Shown here piece after piece: positions 20,746 to 29,737 of a stretch of 64,000 bases of DNA; positions within the stretch are counted from its first letter, which is position 1; every line of letters starts with the position of its first letter. The notes under the pieces were generated by a model. The model was given only the letters and a program-made list of their open reading frames with translations. It had not been told where the DNA came from and searched no databases. The DNA comes from Planktothrix pseudagardhii (GTDB lineage Bacteria; Cyanobacteriota; Cyanobacteriia; Cyanobacteriales; Microcoleaceae). A program made the position numbers and the translations under genes. The DNA is taken from positions 3,618,106-3,682,105 of the forward strand of contig NZ_LR882967.1 of the NCBI RefSeq assembly GCF_904830925.1, read 5' to 3'.

Positions 20746-21618
20746 GTGAAGCCGTTGAAGAATTCTAGTCTGCCTAAACAAGCCGAAACTGTCGTGGATG
20801 GATCAACAGAAGAGATTCCAGAGGCGATACGAGATCTCCCCGTTGTGACCGTGGCTTCCTCCCGACCGTCCCCCAGACCCGGACTCTTCTGGAAAATGTT
20901 GGGGTTAGCCGTCGTTGCATTCTGTACGGCTTTAGCCATTAATTATCAATTTGGAATTCTCTCTCCTAAAGCTTATATTCCTCTGTTAGAACCCACCCCA
21001 GAACCCAAGAGTTCTACGGCTTCTTCCCCTTCACCTACTCCCAGTGCTTCAGCAACTCCAAGCGCCGCCGCGTCCCCAACAGCCTCCCCAAGCTTACCGG
21101 ACAATTTATTGGGCCATCTCCCCTACGAAGAAGCTCCCGCCGCAGAGTTAGAAAGTATTACCCCCGATGGGAGTCATCGGTTACGCAAAGCAGCCGCCCA
21201 AGCTTATCAGCAAATGGAGCAAGCGGCTTTAGCCAGTGGGGTGAGTTTAGTTCCGATTTCCAGTTTTCGCACGGTTAAAGAACAGGAAGGAATCTTTTTT
21301 GAAGTCAAAGCGCAACGGGGACAAGTCGCAACCAAACGCGCAGAGGTAAGCGCGCCTCCGGGATATAGTGAACATCATACGGGTTATGCCATTGATATTG
21401 GCGATGGAAATATGCCCTCAACGAACTTAAATGTCAGTTTTGAACAAACTCAAGCTTTTCAATGGTTAAAAGATAATGCCGCTTTTTATAGTTTTGAGTT
21501 ATCCTTTCCTAAAGATAATCCCCAAGGGGTGAGTTATGAACCTTGGCATTGGCGGTTTGTCGGAGATCGCCAGAGTTTGGAAACGTTTTATAAAGCCAGA
21601 AAGCTGAAGAAAAGCTGA
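20746..21618 (+). CDS. VanY / peptidase M15B-family D-alanyl-D-alanine carboxypeptidase-like protein
   Basis: N-terminal TM/signal segment followed by a Pro/Ser/Ala/Thr-rich linker. The catalytic region SAPPGYSEHHTGYAIDIGD (SxHxxGxAxD) and a C-terminal EPWHWR are characteristic of M15B. Confidence 0.7.
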   Translation: MKPLKNSSLPKQAETVVDGSTEEIPEAIRDLPVVTVASSRPSPRPGLFWKMLGLAVVAFCTALAINYQFGILSPKAYIPLLEPTPEPKSSTASSPSPTPSASATPSAAASPTASPSLPDNLLGHLPYEEAPAAELESITPDGSHRLRKAAAQAYQQMEQAALASGVSLVPISSFRTVKEQEGIFFEVKAQRGQVATKRAEVSAPPGYSEHHTGYAIDIGDGNMPSTNLNVSFEQTQAFQWLKDNAAFYSFELSFPKDNPQGVSYEPWHWRFVGDRQSLETFYKARKLKKS

Positions 21619-22295
21619 TGAGAACGACCAGTTTAAACTTGATTGCAATTAGTGTTTTCTGCATAACCCTATCGGCGTTATTGAGTCCGGTTTTCAATAT
21701 TTCGCCTTTTATTCCGGCGAGTGTAACTTGTTTTTTATTAGGGGTTGCGACATTAGATGTTTTTCAATTTCAAGGTCAAGGTGCTAATTTATTAGTAGAT
21801 TGGTTAGCGGGAACTTCGGCTTCCACTCGGGAACGAATTTTACACCATGAAGCCGGACATTTTTTAGTCGCCTATTTGATGGAAATTCCCATTCAGGGAT
21901 ATGCGTTAAATGGTTGGGAAGCTTTCAAACAGGGATTAAAGGCTCAAGGCGGGGTGCAGTTTGCTGATCAACGGTTATGGGAACAATTGCAGCAAGGTCA
22001 ACTTTCATCACGGGTTTTAGATCGTTATTGTACGGTTTGGATGGCGGGAATCGCCGCAGAAACGTTAGTATTTCAAAAGGCGGAGGGAGGACAGGAAGAC
22101 CGAGAAAAAATTACCGCAATTTGGACTCAGTTAAACCGTCCGATGAGTGAAGCCAAAGTTAAAGAACGTTGGGCTATTTTACAAGCTAAAACCTTAATTC
22201 AAAATCACGAAACGACCTATTATCGCTTGGTAGAAGCCATGAAAAATCGGGCTTCTGTTGAAGAGTGTTATCAAATTATTAAGGTTGAGGATTAA
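21618..22295 (+). CDS. Membrane-anchored protein with an FtsH-like (M41) HEXXH peptidase-domain motif and no AAA module
   Basis: Two N-terminal TM helices, then ILHHEAGHFLVAYL, which resembles the FtsH zinc-binding HEAGHA motif. The start overlaps the VanY-like stop (ATGA), suggesting translational coupling. Confidence 0.4.
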   Translation: MRTTSLNLIAISVFCITLSALLSPVFNISPFIPASVTCFLLGVATLDVFQFQGQGANLLVDWLAGTSASTRERILHHEAGHFLVAYLMEIPIQGYALNGWEAFKQGLKAQGGVQFADQRLWEQLQQGQLSSRVLDRYCTVWMAGIAAETLVFQKAEGGQEDREKITAIWTQLNRPMSEAKVKERWAILQAKTLIQNHETTYYRLVEAMKNRASVEECYQIIKVED

Positions 22296-22314
22296 GGTTT
22301 AACTCTAAGATAAA

Positions 22315-23469
22315 GTGTTGATTTTATTGTGTTTTTTTGAAAACAAAAATTTTATTAAAATCATGATAAAATTTATTAACATAAATCCCTATAAAATAGC
22401 ACTCAATTTTTTAATATTTTTATTACCCCTAAATCCTGCTTTAGCTTCAGAGAATGCTGTACAACCTTTAAATAATTTTGAAACGATTTGTTTAAATCAA
22501 AATAATTTAAACTTAGAAACACAAAAAACACTAGATTTATTATTAGAAATTTCTCAAACCAAAGACTGTAAAATAGCAAATAAAATTCTATCTCAACTGA
22601 TTCAATTAAATTTGAGTGGGTATCAAATCAAAGATTTAAGCCTCTTAAGTTCTTTTTCTCAACTACAATTTTTGTATTTAAGTGGAAATCAAATCTCTGA
22701 TTTAACGCCATTGGCTAATCTCAAAAATTTAAAAGTCTTAGCACTAGATGTCAATCAAATTCATGATTTGACCCCTCTTTCTTCCTTAATAGCGCTAGAA
22801 ACCTTAATTTTAGATACGAATAAAATTACGGATTTAACCTCGCTTAAAAATTTGACCCGATTAAAAAGTTTAGTATTATTTGATAATCAAATTCAAGATA
22901 TTACGCCGTTGCAATCTTTAGTAACCTTAAAAAAATTATCCTTACAGGGAAACCAAATTTCTGATATTACACCGCTACACCCCTTAACGAAACTCAGCTA
23001 TTTAGCCCTTTATGATAATCAAATTGCTGATTTAACTCCCCTTAGCTCTTTAACTCATCTAAAACAACTGCTACTTTTTAACAATCAAATTGCAGATTTA
23101 ACGCCCCTGGCTTCTTTAACCGATCTCAACCAATTAACTTTATTTGATAATCAAATTTCCGATCTGCGTCCTTTAGCAACCCTGACCAATCTAACCGAAC
23201 TTTACATTGGAAATAATCCCATTTCCGATTTAACCCCCTTACAAGCATTGACCAACCTCAAAATCCTCAGCTTGTTTAATACCTCGGTTTCAAATCTTGC
23301 ACCCTTGCAATCGTTAACTCAATTAATCACGTTAGATTTGTATAATACTAAAGTTTCCGATAGTCGTCCATTGCAAAGCTTGACCAACCTAACCGGATTA
23401 GACCTTAGAGGGAATCCCTTGACAGAACGAGCCTGTCCCGTTAAAACCACCTTAACCTGTCGTTTTTAG
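22315..23469 (+). CDS. Leucine-rich-repeat (internalin-like 22-residue LRR) secreted protein
   Basis: Approximately 12 tandem 22-aa repeats of the form LxxLxxLxxLxLxxNQIxDLTPL. An N-terminal signal peptide is present if translation starts at MIKFININ (22363). Confidence 0.75.
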   Translation: MLILLCFFENKNFIKIMIKFININPYKIALNFLIFLLPLNPALASENAVQPLNNFETICLNQNNLNLETQKTLDLLLEISQTKDCKIANKILSQLIQLNLSGYQIKDLSLLSSFSQLQFLYLSGNQISDLTPLANLKNLKVLALDVNQIHDLTPLSSLIALETLILDTNKITDLTSLKNLTRLKSLVLFDNQIQDITPLQSLVTLKKLSLQGNQISDITPLHPLTKLSYLALYDNQIADLTPLSSLTHLKQLLLFNNQIADLTPLASLTDLNQLTLFDNQISDLRPLATLTNLTELYIGNNPISDLTPLQALTNLKILSLFNTSVSNLAPLQSLTQLITLDLYNTKVSDSRPLQSLTNLTGLDLRGNPLTERACPVKTTLTCRF

Positions 23470-23629
23470 TTAACCTATAGGGAATAACCGTGATTGATTT
23501 TCTCCAATATCCCTAAAAATAGTGACCACATTGACTAAATCCCGAATCACGGCGCGATAAATTATATAAATAGAGTCAGGCTAGAAGTCAAAAATTTTCA
23601 TCCTTATCTAAAATTTAGGTGAATCAATC

Positions 23630-24010
23630 ATGCTTCAGAGTAAGCGGGAGAATCTTATGACCTTTGAAGAGATCTATCAATTTTTCCAAGAACCCCCGCC
23701 TATCTATCTCAATAAAGAACTGGCGGTTTGCTACATCTTATCTGTCTTTCTGCGAGGGGACTCCTATGGAACCGAACTGATTGAACGACTAGAACAAGAG
23801 TATTCTGCTTATCGATTATCGGATACGGTTCTCTATAGTGCCTTGAAGTTCCTAGAAAAACAAGGAACGATTACGGGATACTGGCAGAAGGTAGAAGGTA
23901 GAGGTCGCCCTCGTAGGATGTACCAAATCATACCTGAATACAAAACCCAGGCGCAAGAGTTAGCCAGACTTTGGCATGAATATACAACTCGTCGAGATAA
24001 ATTTGTGTAA
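23630..24010 (+). CDS. PadR-family winged-helix transcriptional regulator
   Basis: 126 aa. YGTELIERLEQ...LYSALKFLEKQGTITGYWQ...GRGRPRRMYQI matches the PadR recognition helix and wing pattern. Confidence 0.6.
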   Translation: MLQSKRENLMTFEEIYQFFQEPPPIYLNKELAVCYILSVFLRGDSYGTELIERLEQEYSAYRLSDTVLYSALKFLEKQGTITGYWQKVEGRGRPRRMYQIIPEYKTQAQELARLWHEYTTRRDKFV

Positions 24011-24056
24011 ACTACACATCGACGAGTGACCGTTTAAAACTAGACTAATTTAATCT

Positions 24057-24590
24057 ATGATGATTCCCGTAATTCCTTCCACGTTTGTGTTGACCTTGTT
24101 ACTGGCGATTGGCTTATTCTTCTTTGTGCGGGCTTCGACCAAAGATCGAACACAGCAGGAAAAGCTAATGGCTGAACAAGAAGCAGACTCTTTGCTTACG
24201 CAAATTCAACAGTATTTCGCAGCACGAGCTTATCGTGTGACGAAATTAAATCGGGAAGACAATCAAATCACCTTTGAGGGGTTAGTTCGTCCCAGTTGGT
24301 TTCTAGCCATCTTCTTAACCCTATTAACGGCCGTTGGGCTGTTATGTTTAGGATTAGTTCTATCGATGGCTATTCCCAACCTTGGCGAACTGTTTTGGGG
24401 ACTGGTGTTGCTTTCGCCCCTGGCGGGGTGGTTTTATTGGAAAGGTGCCAAGCGGCCAGAAAAAGTCTCTCTTAAGCTGGATGCTGTTCTCGGTCAGGGA
24501 AACCAAACTCAAAGTTTAATTACTGTAACCGCTCACCGAGACGAACTGGCAACGCTCAAACAAGCACTGCACCTCAAACCTTGCGAATAA
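24057..24590 (+). CDS. Conserved cyanobacterial-type membrane protein (3 predicted TM helices), possibly a DUF3529 / cytochrome b6f assembly CCB-like protein
   Basis: 177 aa. The hydrophobic N-terminal helix, soluble middle and two further TM helices fit this topology. The family assignment is tentative. Confidence 0.35.
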   Translation: MMIPVIPSTFVLTLLLAIGLFFFVRASTKDRTQQEKLMAEQEADSLLTQIQQYFAARAYRVTKLNREDNQITFEGLVRPSWFLAIFLTLLTAVGLLCLGLVLSMAIPNLGELFWGLVLLSPLAGWFYWKGAKRPEKVSLKLDAVLGQGNQTQSLITVTAHRDELATLKQALHLKPCE

Positions 24591-24869
24591 TTTCATCTGA
24601 TCCTTGCTAGAAGCAGGGACTCCTGGGCTAGTTGGGTTAAAAGAAATTCAACAACCTTTTAACCGACTAAACCCCCAGAGATAGATTGCCTCCATTGACG
24701 GTTCACCACCAGACCTATCCGGTTTTTCTGTCGTGCTGGCTTAATCTGAGTTAAGGAAGAAGCTCATGTTGATGATAGCTATCACTCGGTTTCAGGACGC
24801 CAGAAAAGTTCCGCATTTAGAAAACCCTTTACTTTAAGCATTAAGAATATTCAACACAGGATCTAGACT

Positions 24870-25193
24870 TCAAACGCTTTTGATGGCGGAAGCAGAAGAT
24901 AGGGGTGTTGCTTTTTCCACAAGCTGCTTTAAACTGGGGAATAAAAAATGATTTTCTTCAACATACTGAGCGCCAAACAGACCCTTTTCAGCCCAGAAAT
25001 ACCGATCTGTTGTATGCTCATTGCGTTTGACAAGAAGCACAGCAGGGGGAATAATTCCCTCGGCATGGATAAACTTGCGAGCCGCTGTTACGGGTTTATC
25101 TTCGCCACTGGAAATGCTATATTGAGGCACACATTCTAAAATTCTTCGTCCTTCTTGTCTACGACGGCTTTTACGCTTACGTCTTCTAGCCAA
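24870..25193 (-). CDS. Small basic hypothetical protein
   Basis: 107-aa ORF with an Arg/Lys-rich N-terminus (MARRRKRKSRRRQEGRR). I chose it over the overlapping 63-aa plus-strand ORF on length and composition. Confidence 0.3.
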   Translation of the reverse strand: MARRRKRKSRRRQEGRRILECVPQYSISSGEDKPVTAARKFIHAEGIIPPAVLLVKRNEHTTDRYFWAEKGLFGAQYVEENHFLFPSLKQLVEKATPLSSASAIKSV

Positions 25194-25294
25194 CTTGTTG
25201 ACCTCCTTTTTAAGCAGGCGGGTTGTAAATATAGCTACAAAATCCGAAAGAAGTATATCTGTTTTAGTTCAAAATTTCAAGATGTTTTAATAGA

Positions 25295-26740
25295 TTGATA
25301 CAAAATCAGTACACTGATCCCCCGGCTCCTCCTCCTATGCTTACAGCTAGTTCTGAATTTGTCCAACTCTGTCGCACGCAATTGTCATTGACGGCGAGTT
25401 TAGGTGCGTCCTTGAGTGTGGTGTATTTGGCTGAGGCTTGGGTGGATGAGGAACATCAGAAATTAATTCCGATCGCCACTTATCCTGAAACCTCCCTGGA
25501 AGATTTGGATATTCCGGGTTTGATGCGCTTTCCGACCCTGTTAACTCCAACTCTACCTCGTTTGTTAACAACAGAAGAAATTACCAAAACCTGGATTTTG
25601 TTACCTGCGGTGGATATCAATGATTTTATAGAAGCCGAAGCACAGGGAGAGCAACCCCTAGAAGAAGAGGAAAGTTGGCAACAACGCAGTCAAACGGTGT
25701 TACCTTTAATTCAAGAAGAGGTGGTCTTAGGCTTTTTAGTAACGGGACGCAATGATCGTTCCTGGAACCCAGAGGAATATGGCCAATTGCAAGGAATTGC
25801 CCATACCTTAGCCCTGGGTTGTATTTTAGATCAACGCTCCCAATGGTTCCAACAACAATTAAGCCGACAACAACACCTACAGGCGCAACAAGCCGATGCC
25901 CTTCATAATATCTTTCATCAACTCAAAAGTCCCCTCACGGCGGTGCGTACCTTTGGAAAATTATTATTAAAGCGGTTACTACCGGAAGATAAAAACTATC
26001 CAATTGCCAATAGTATTTTACGAGAAAGCGATCGCATTCAAGAGTTGTTACAACAAGCTGATCAAACTTTAGACCGCACAGAACCTGCTGTAAGCTTACC
26101 CCTAACCGTTGATTCTGTCTTAATTTCCATGCCGCCTAGGGAAGAAGCCACGTCTGCGTCCTCAATGTTAACCTTGTTACCCGCTTGGGATCAACTCGAA
26201 TTCCTAGAATTGTCTGAGGTCTTACAACCGTTAATTTTATCAACCCAAGCGATCGCCGAAGAACGACAGCTTCAATGTTTTGTTGACCTTCCCCCTAAAT
26301 TACCCGTGATCCAAGGGAATCATAAAGCCTTGCGAGAAGTCTTGAGTAACCTCCTCGATAATGCCTTAAAATATACCCCACCAGGCGGAAAACTTTGTAT
26401 TCGAGTGCAACTGACTCAAAAACGGAAATCTCAACCCCTGCAAGTAGGAATTGGCATTAGTGATACTGGCCCCGGTATTCCACCCGAAGATTTAACTCAT
26501 TTATTTGAACGTCACTATCGAGGTGTCCAAGGACGTTCTGAAATTCCGGGGACAGGGTTAGGGTTAGCGATCGCAAAAACCTTAGTCGAACAAATGCAGG
26601 GAAAGATTGAAGTGTTCTCTCCTGTTAATTCGGTTTGGGTCTCCAAGGAGATGCTTTCTCGGGGGAATATTCCTAGAGGAACTACATTTATCGTTTGGTT
26701 AAAGGGTGTTACTCCTGATCAAGAATTGAACAGAAGTTGA
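25295..26740 (+). CDS. Sensor histidine kinase with an N-terminal GAF-like domain
   Basis: The H-box is LHNIFHQLKSPLTAVRTFGKLL. The HATPase_c region contains LSNLLDNALKYT, ISDTGPGIP and GTGLGLAIAKTLVE. Confidence 0.8.
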   Translation: MIQNQYTDPPAPPPMLTASSEFVQLCRTQLSLTASLGASLSVVYLAEAWVDEEHQKLIPIATYPETSLEDLDIPGLMRFPTLLTPTLPRLLTTEEITKTWILLPAVDINDFIEAEAQGEQPLEEEESWQQRSQTVLPLIQEEVVLGFLVTGRNDRSWNPEEYGQLQGIAHTLALGCILDQRSQWFQQQLSRQQHLQAQQADALHNIFHQLKSPLTAVRTFGKLLLKRLLPEDKNYPIANSILRESDRIQELLQQADQTLDRTEPAVSLPLTVDSVLISMPPREEATSASSMLTLLPAWDQLEFLELSEVLQPLILSTQAIAEERQLQCFVDLPPKLPVIQGNHKALREVLSNLLDNALKYTPPGGKLCIRVQLTQKRKSQPLQVGIGISDTGPGIPPEDLTHLFERHYRGVQGRSEIPGTGLGLAIAKTLVEQMQGKIEVFSPVNSVWVSKEMLSRGNIPRGTTFIVWLKGVTPDQELNRS

Positions 26741-26862
26741 TAGAATTATTTTTTCTCAACTGATGTTGTCTCCATCCCCAAGCCAATATTAAGCTTAGGA
26801 GTCCCAACAAACTGGTCTGAAGATTCATTTTTTACACCTTTATTGTACCCGGTTTAAAGCCT

Positions 26863-27501
26863 ATGAGTGCATCCAGTAACCCTGATAATCTGATTAATAA
26901 CCCAGTGAGTTCCTCTGTTCCTTTAGAAGAAAATTCAGGTAAACCACTTTCTTATGTTGCCCAGGAAGATATCATTTATCGTGCTTTTGATCGCAAAACC
27001 GTCTGTCGGGTTTTAAGCCAAGCTCATATTTATGTTTCCATTCGCTGGACAAGAACTCATCTTTATATTGGCATTCCCAGCACCGTTTTAGCGGCTGTTG
27101 CTGGTGTGCAAGCCATCTCCAGTTTAGGCGGAAATTATCAATTAGTGGCGGTGATTATTCCCGTTTTAGTCGCTATTCTTGCACCGTTATTAACCTTTTT
27201 AGATCCCAATGGTAAAGCGAATACCCATTTAGTCGCCTCCAGGGTTTATGAACAAATGGCCGATCAATATGATTCATTTTTACTCAAATGTCGTTTAGAA
27301 CCCCGACCCATCGAGGAAGAACTGAATGATTTAGTTCAGATAAATTCTGTGTATAGTGAAAGTAAAAAATCCCTTCCGGCTTGTCCTGAATGGGCGTATC
27401 AAAAAGCCCTCCGCACCGAAAATGACATCCAAAAACTGATTCCTGATGAGATCAAGAAAGCTGGAGGGTATGACAAATATATTGCCGATGCGCCCTCTTG
27501 A
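26863..27501 (+). CDS. Small 2-TM protein with SLATT-like organisation (soluble N-region, two adjacent TM helices, helical C-region)
   Basis: 212 aa. The TM helices IGIPSTVLAAVAGVQAISSL and LVAVIIPVLVAILAPLLTFL are separated by a short loop. The post-TM ...NTHLVASRVYEQMADQYDSFL resembles the conserved H...Y...L helix of SLATT domains. This is my recollection of the family pattern, not a database hit. Confidence 0.35.
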   Translation: MSASSNPDNLINNPVSSSVPLEENSGKPLSYVAQEDIIYRAFDRKTVCRVLSQAHIYVSIRWTRTHLYIGIPSTVLAAVAGVQAISSLGGNYQLVAVIIPVLVAILAPLLTFLDPNGKANTHLVASRVYEQMADQYDSFLLKCRLEPRPIEEELNDLVQINSVYSESKKSLPACPEWAYQKALRTENDIQKLIPDEIKKAGGYDKYIADAPS

Positions 27502-27622
27502 AAGGAGAATAAATTTTATCCCCTTAAACACCTTTTAATTTCTGTAGAGGCAGGTTTGAGTTCAGTTTTGAATCAGCACCTAAAACCAACCCAAAGCTAC
27601 TTCTACGGGATGGAGATCTTCA

Positions 27623-28315
27623 ATGGGTAACACACAATCTGATTTAGAAGGATTAGAAATTACACCAGGGGAAATCAAACATTGGAGTGGTATTAATCAG
27701 AAGTTACTCTACCGACCAGCTACCGTTAAAAAATTATTAGGGGAAGGTTTAAAAACCTTTTTTATCTTTTTATTATTATTAATGAGTTATTGGATTTGGA
27801 GTTTAATTTTTCCAGAACTCTCTTTAATTTTAATCATAATTTATTTAACCATTGGGGGACTATTAATTCTTGAGGATAGTGTAAAACTGTGGAATACCTT
27901 AACCCGTCCCCAATTCGTTAAACTGTGTCATCAAGTGGAGCGTTATAACGCCATTGTTAAAGCCTTAAAAATTTATGATCAACTCGATGCAATAGCCCAT
28001 CCCCCTGGAAAATTAAACAATCGAGAAGCTATTATTGCAGCTTTAAACTTAATTAGAACAGAATTAATTAAAGGATTAAAAATAGAACGAACCTTGAAAA
28101 AACATCAAAAATTTATTCAGCAATATTCCGAACTTTTTGATCCAAATTTCACCGCCTTAACGGTCTTACAAACAGAAAAACCCACAACAGAACAAGGAAG
28201 ACTCCTGTATCAAGCCTTTGAAATTGCTTCAGACGTTCATCAACAATTAAAACAACTTCAGGAACAACAGATTTCCCCTAATCGCAAGCAACAGACAATC
28301 AGAAACAAGGAATAG
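27623..28315 (+). CDS. Small 2-TM hypothetical protein with a C-terminal helical / coiled-coil region
   Basis: 230 aa. TM helices FFIFLLLLMSYWIWSLIF and LILIIIYLTIGGLLIL. It is co-directional with the upstream SLATT-like gene and the downstream module. Confidence 0.35.
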   Translation: MGNTQSDLEGLEITPGEIKHWSGINQKLLYRPATVKKLLGEGLKTFFIFLLLLMSYWIWSLIFPELSLILIIIYLTIGGLLILEDSVKLWNTLTRPQFVKLCHQVERYNAIVKALKIYDQLDAIAHPPGKLNNREAIIAALNLIRTELIKGLKIERTLKKHQKFIQQYSELFDPNFTALTVLQTEKPTTEQGRLLYQAFEIASDVHQQLKQLQEQQISPNRKQQTIRNKE

Positions 28316-28567
28316 GAAAAAAATCAATCTAAGCTGCTATTACATTTAAAGTGTATATTCTAGGGAGCGGGGACGCTCCAACTACAAGGAATTGGCAATT
28401 TCCCCATCACCATTAGAGACTGAATAGCTTATATTAATCACTATTCTGGCGACTTATTGTCAACCCTTGTCCAATAAACGGGTAAAAAAAGTTTCACCCC
28501 AACCCCTTCTGGATAACCTGGTTTTACGATATGATAAGGAACTGTATAAGTTTCTAAGTAAACTATC

Positions 28568-29716
28568 TTGAGTGAGATTTGTACCCCAGTCGCACCAGGT
28601 CAACCGTTGACACCTTACCAGAAAATTGGTTTGGAATCAGTCACTCGTCTACATGGCGGACGGGATGTGGTACTGGCGATTGACCTAACGGAAAGCGTCG
28701 GTTTGAATGATGAAGGTCATTTGCGTTTACGTCAAATTGTTGAAGATAGCTTAAAATCAGGAGACACCGTTTATGTTGTGCCTTTTGCTACAAAAACTAA
28801 CCCTTCAACACCTGAGATCAACCCTTTAACTTTAGAAACTGCAATTCAGTTTAAAGGGAAAGCCGATGTAGAAAAGATTTTACAATTAATTCCCTTTCAG
28901 CCTGACCTGAGATTACAAAATACCGATATTCAACAAGCTGAGTTAACGATTTATCAGGGTTTAGCAGATCTCAATCAATGTCGTTTAACCCAGAATCAAC
29001 CGATTAAACCGCAATCGATTGTTTGGATTACCGATGCACCGTTATTTACAAAATCCCCTGCTACCTCTGAAGAATGGACGGAAACCCCAGCAGACAGTCC
29101 TTTCCGAATAGCAACTTCTCCAGAAACACAACAGCGCCAAGAGTGGTTAAATCAATTACCTTTAAATCAGCGATCGCTTCCGATTAAAACTCAAGAACAG
29201 CGACAATATAACCTAACAATTGTTGATATTCCTCCGAATGTTCAAGAGTTCTGTACTCCTACCCCCGGACAGAAAGAAACTTGTTTAGTTTCTCCTTATT
29301 TATGGAAACAGTTATGGCTACCCGGATTAATTTTAGGAATTTTAATTCTTGCTAGTGTCGGGATGGGAATTAAAATTTATCGTTTGAATAAAAAATGGAA
29401 ACTGATGGTTAATTTTGATGATGATGATCAGGTAGCAGATCAAACCTGCTCTCTCGGTAATCATCAAAGAATTGCCATTGGTGAATATGAATCTGGTTGT
29501 CAGGATACCATTGATTTACCTGGAGCAGAAGTTCGGGCTTATTTAGTCAGAAAAGGAGAAAAACTTTATTTAGAACCGACGAACAATAGCCGGATTGAAT
29601 ATCAAGACAAAATTGTCGATCAAAAAATCCAAATAACCAGAAGTAGGATAAATTTTAATTGCCCTAATCCTAAACCTCCCAAAAACTACAGATTAACCAT
29701 TAAAATTCAAAAATAA
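28568..29716 (+). CDS. vWA-domain (MIDAS DxTxS) protein with a single TM helix and a C-terminal FHA-like domain
   Basis: The N-terminal ...DVVLAIDLTESVGLND... fits the vWA MIDAS motif (DxS/TxS). A Pro/Thr/Gln-rich linker follows, then the TM helix LWLPGLILGILILASVGMGI. The C-terminal approximately 100 aa (...RIAIGEYESGCQDTIDLPGAEVRAYLVRKGEKLYLEPTNNSRIEYQDKIV) follows the FHA pattern. The ORF begins with a non-ATG (TTG) start in the track. Confidence 0.5.
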   Translation: MSEICTPVAPGQPLTPYQKIGLESVTRLHGGRDVVLAIDLTESVGLNDEGHLRLRQIVEDSLKSGDTVYVVPFATKTNPSTPEINPLTLETAIQFKGKADVEKILQLIPFQPDLRLQNTDIQQAELTIYQGLADLNQCRLTQNQPIKPQSIVWITDAPLFTKSPATSEEWTETPADSPFRIATSPETQQRQEWLNQLPLNQRSLPIKTQEQRQYNLTIVDIPPNVQEFCTPTPGQKETCLVSPYLWKQLWLPGLILGILILASVGMGIKIYRLNKKWKLMVNFDDDDQVADQTCSLGNHQRIAIGEYESGCQDTIDLPGAEVRAYLVRKGEKLYLEPTNNSRIEYQDKIVDQKIQITRSRINFNCPNPKPPKNYRLTIKIQK

Positions 29717-29737
29717 ACTAACCAAAAGGGATTTATC

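Noticed and set aside
22315-23469. Nucleotide-level periodicity of the LRR gene as a CRISPR-like or tandem DNA repeat
   Set aside because: The 66-bp periodicity is in frame and encodes 22-aa leucine-rich repeats. The units are divergent at the DNA level and there are no spacer-like unique segments.
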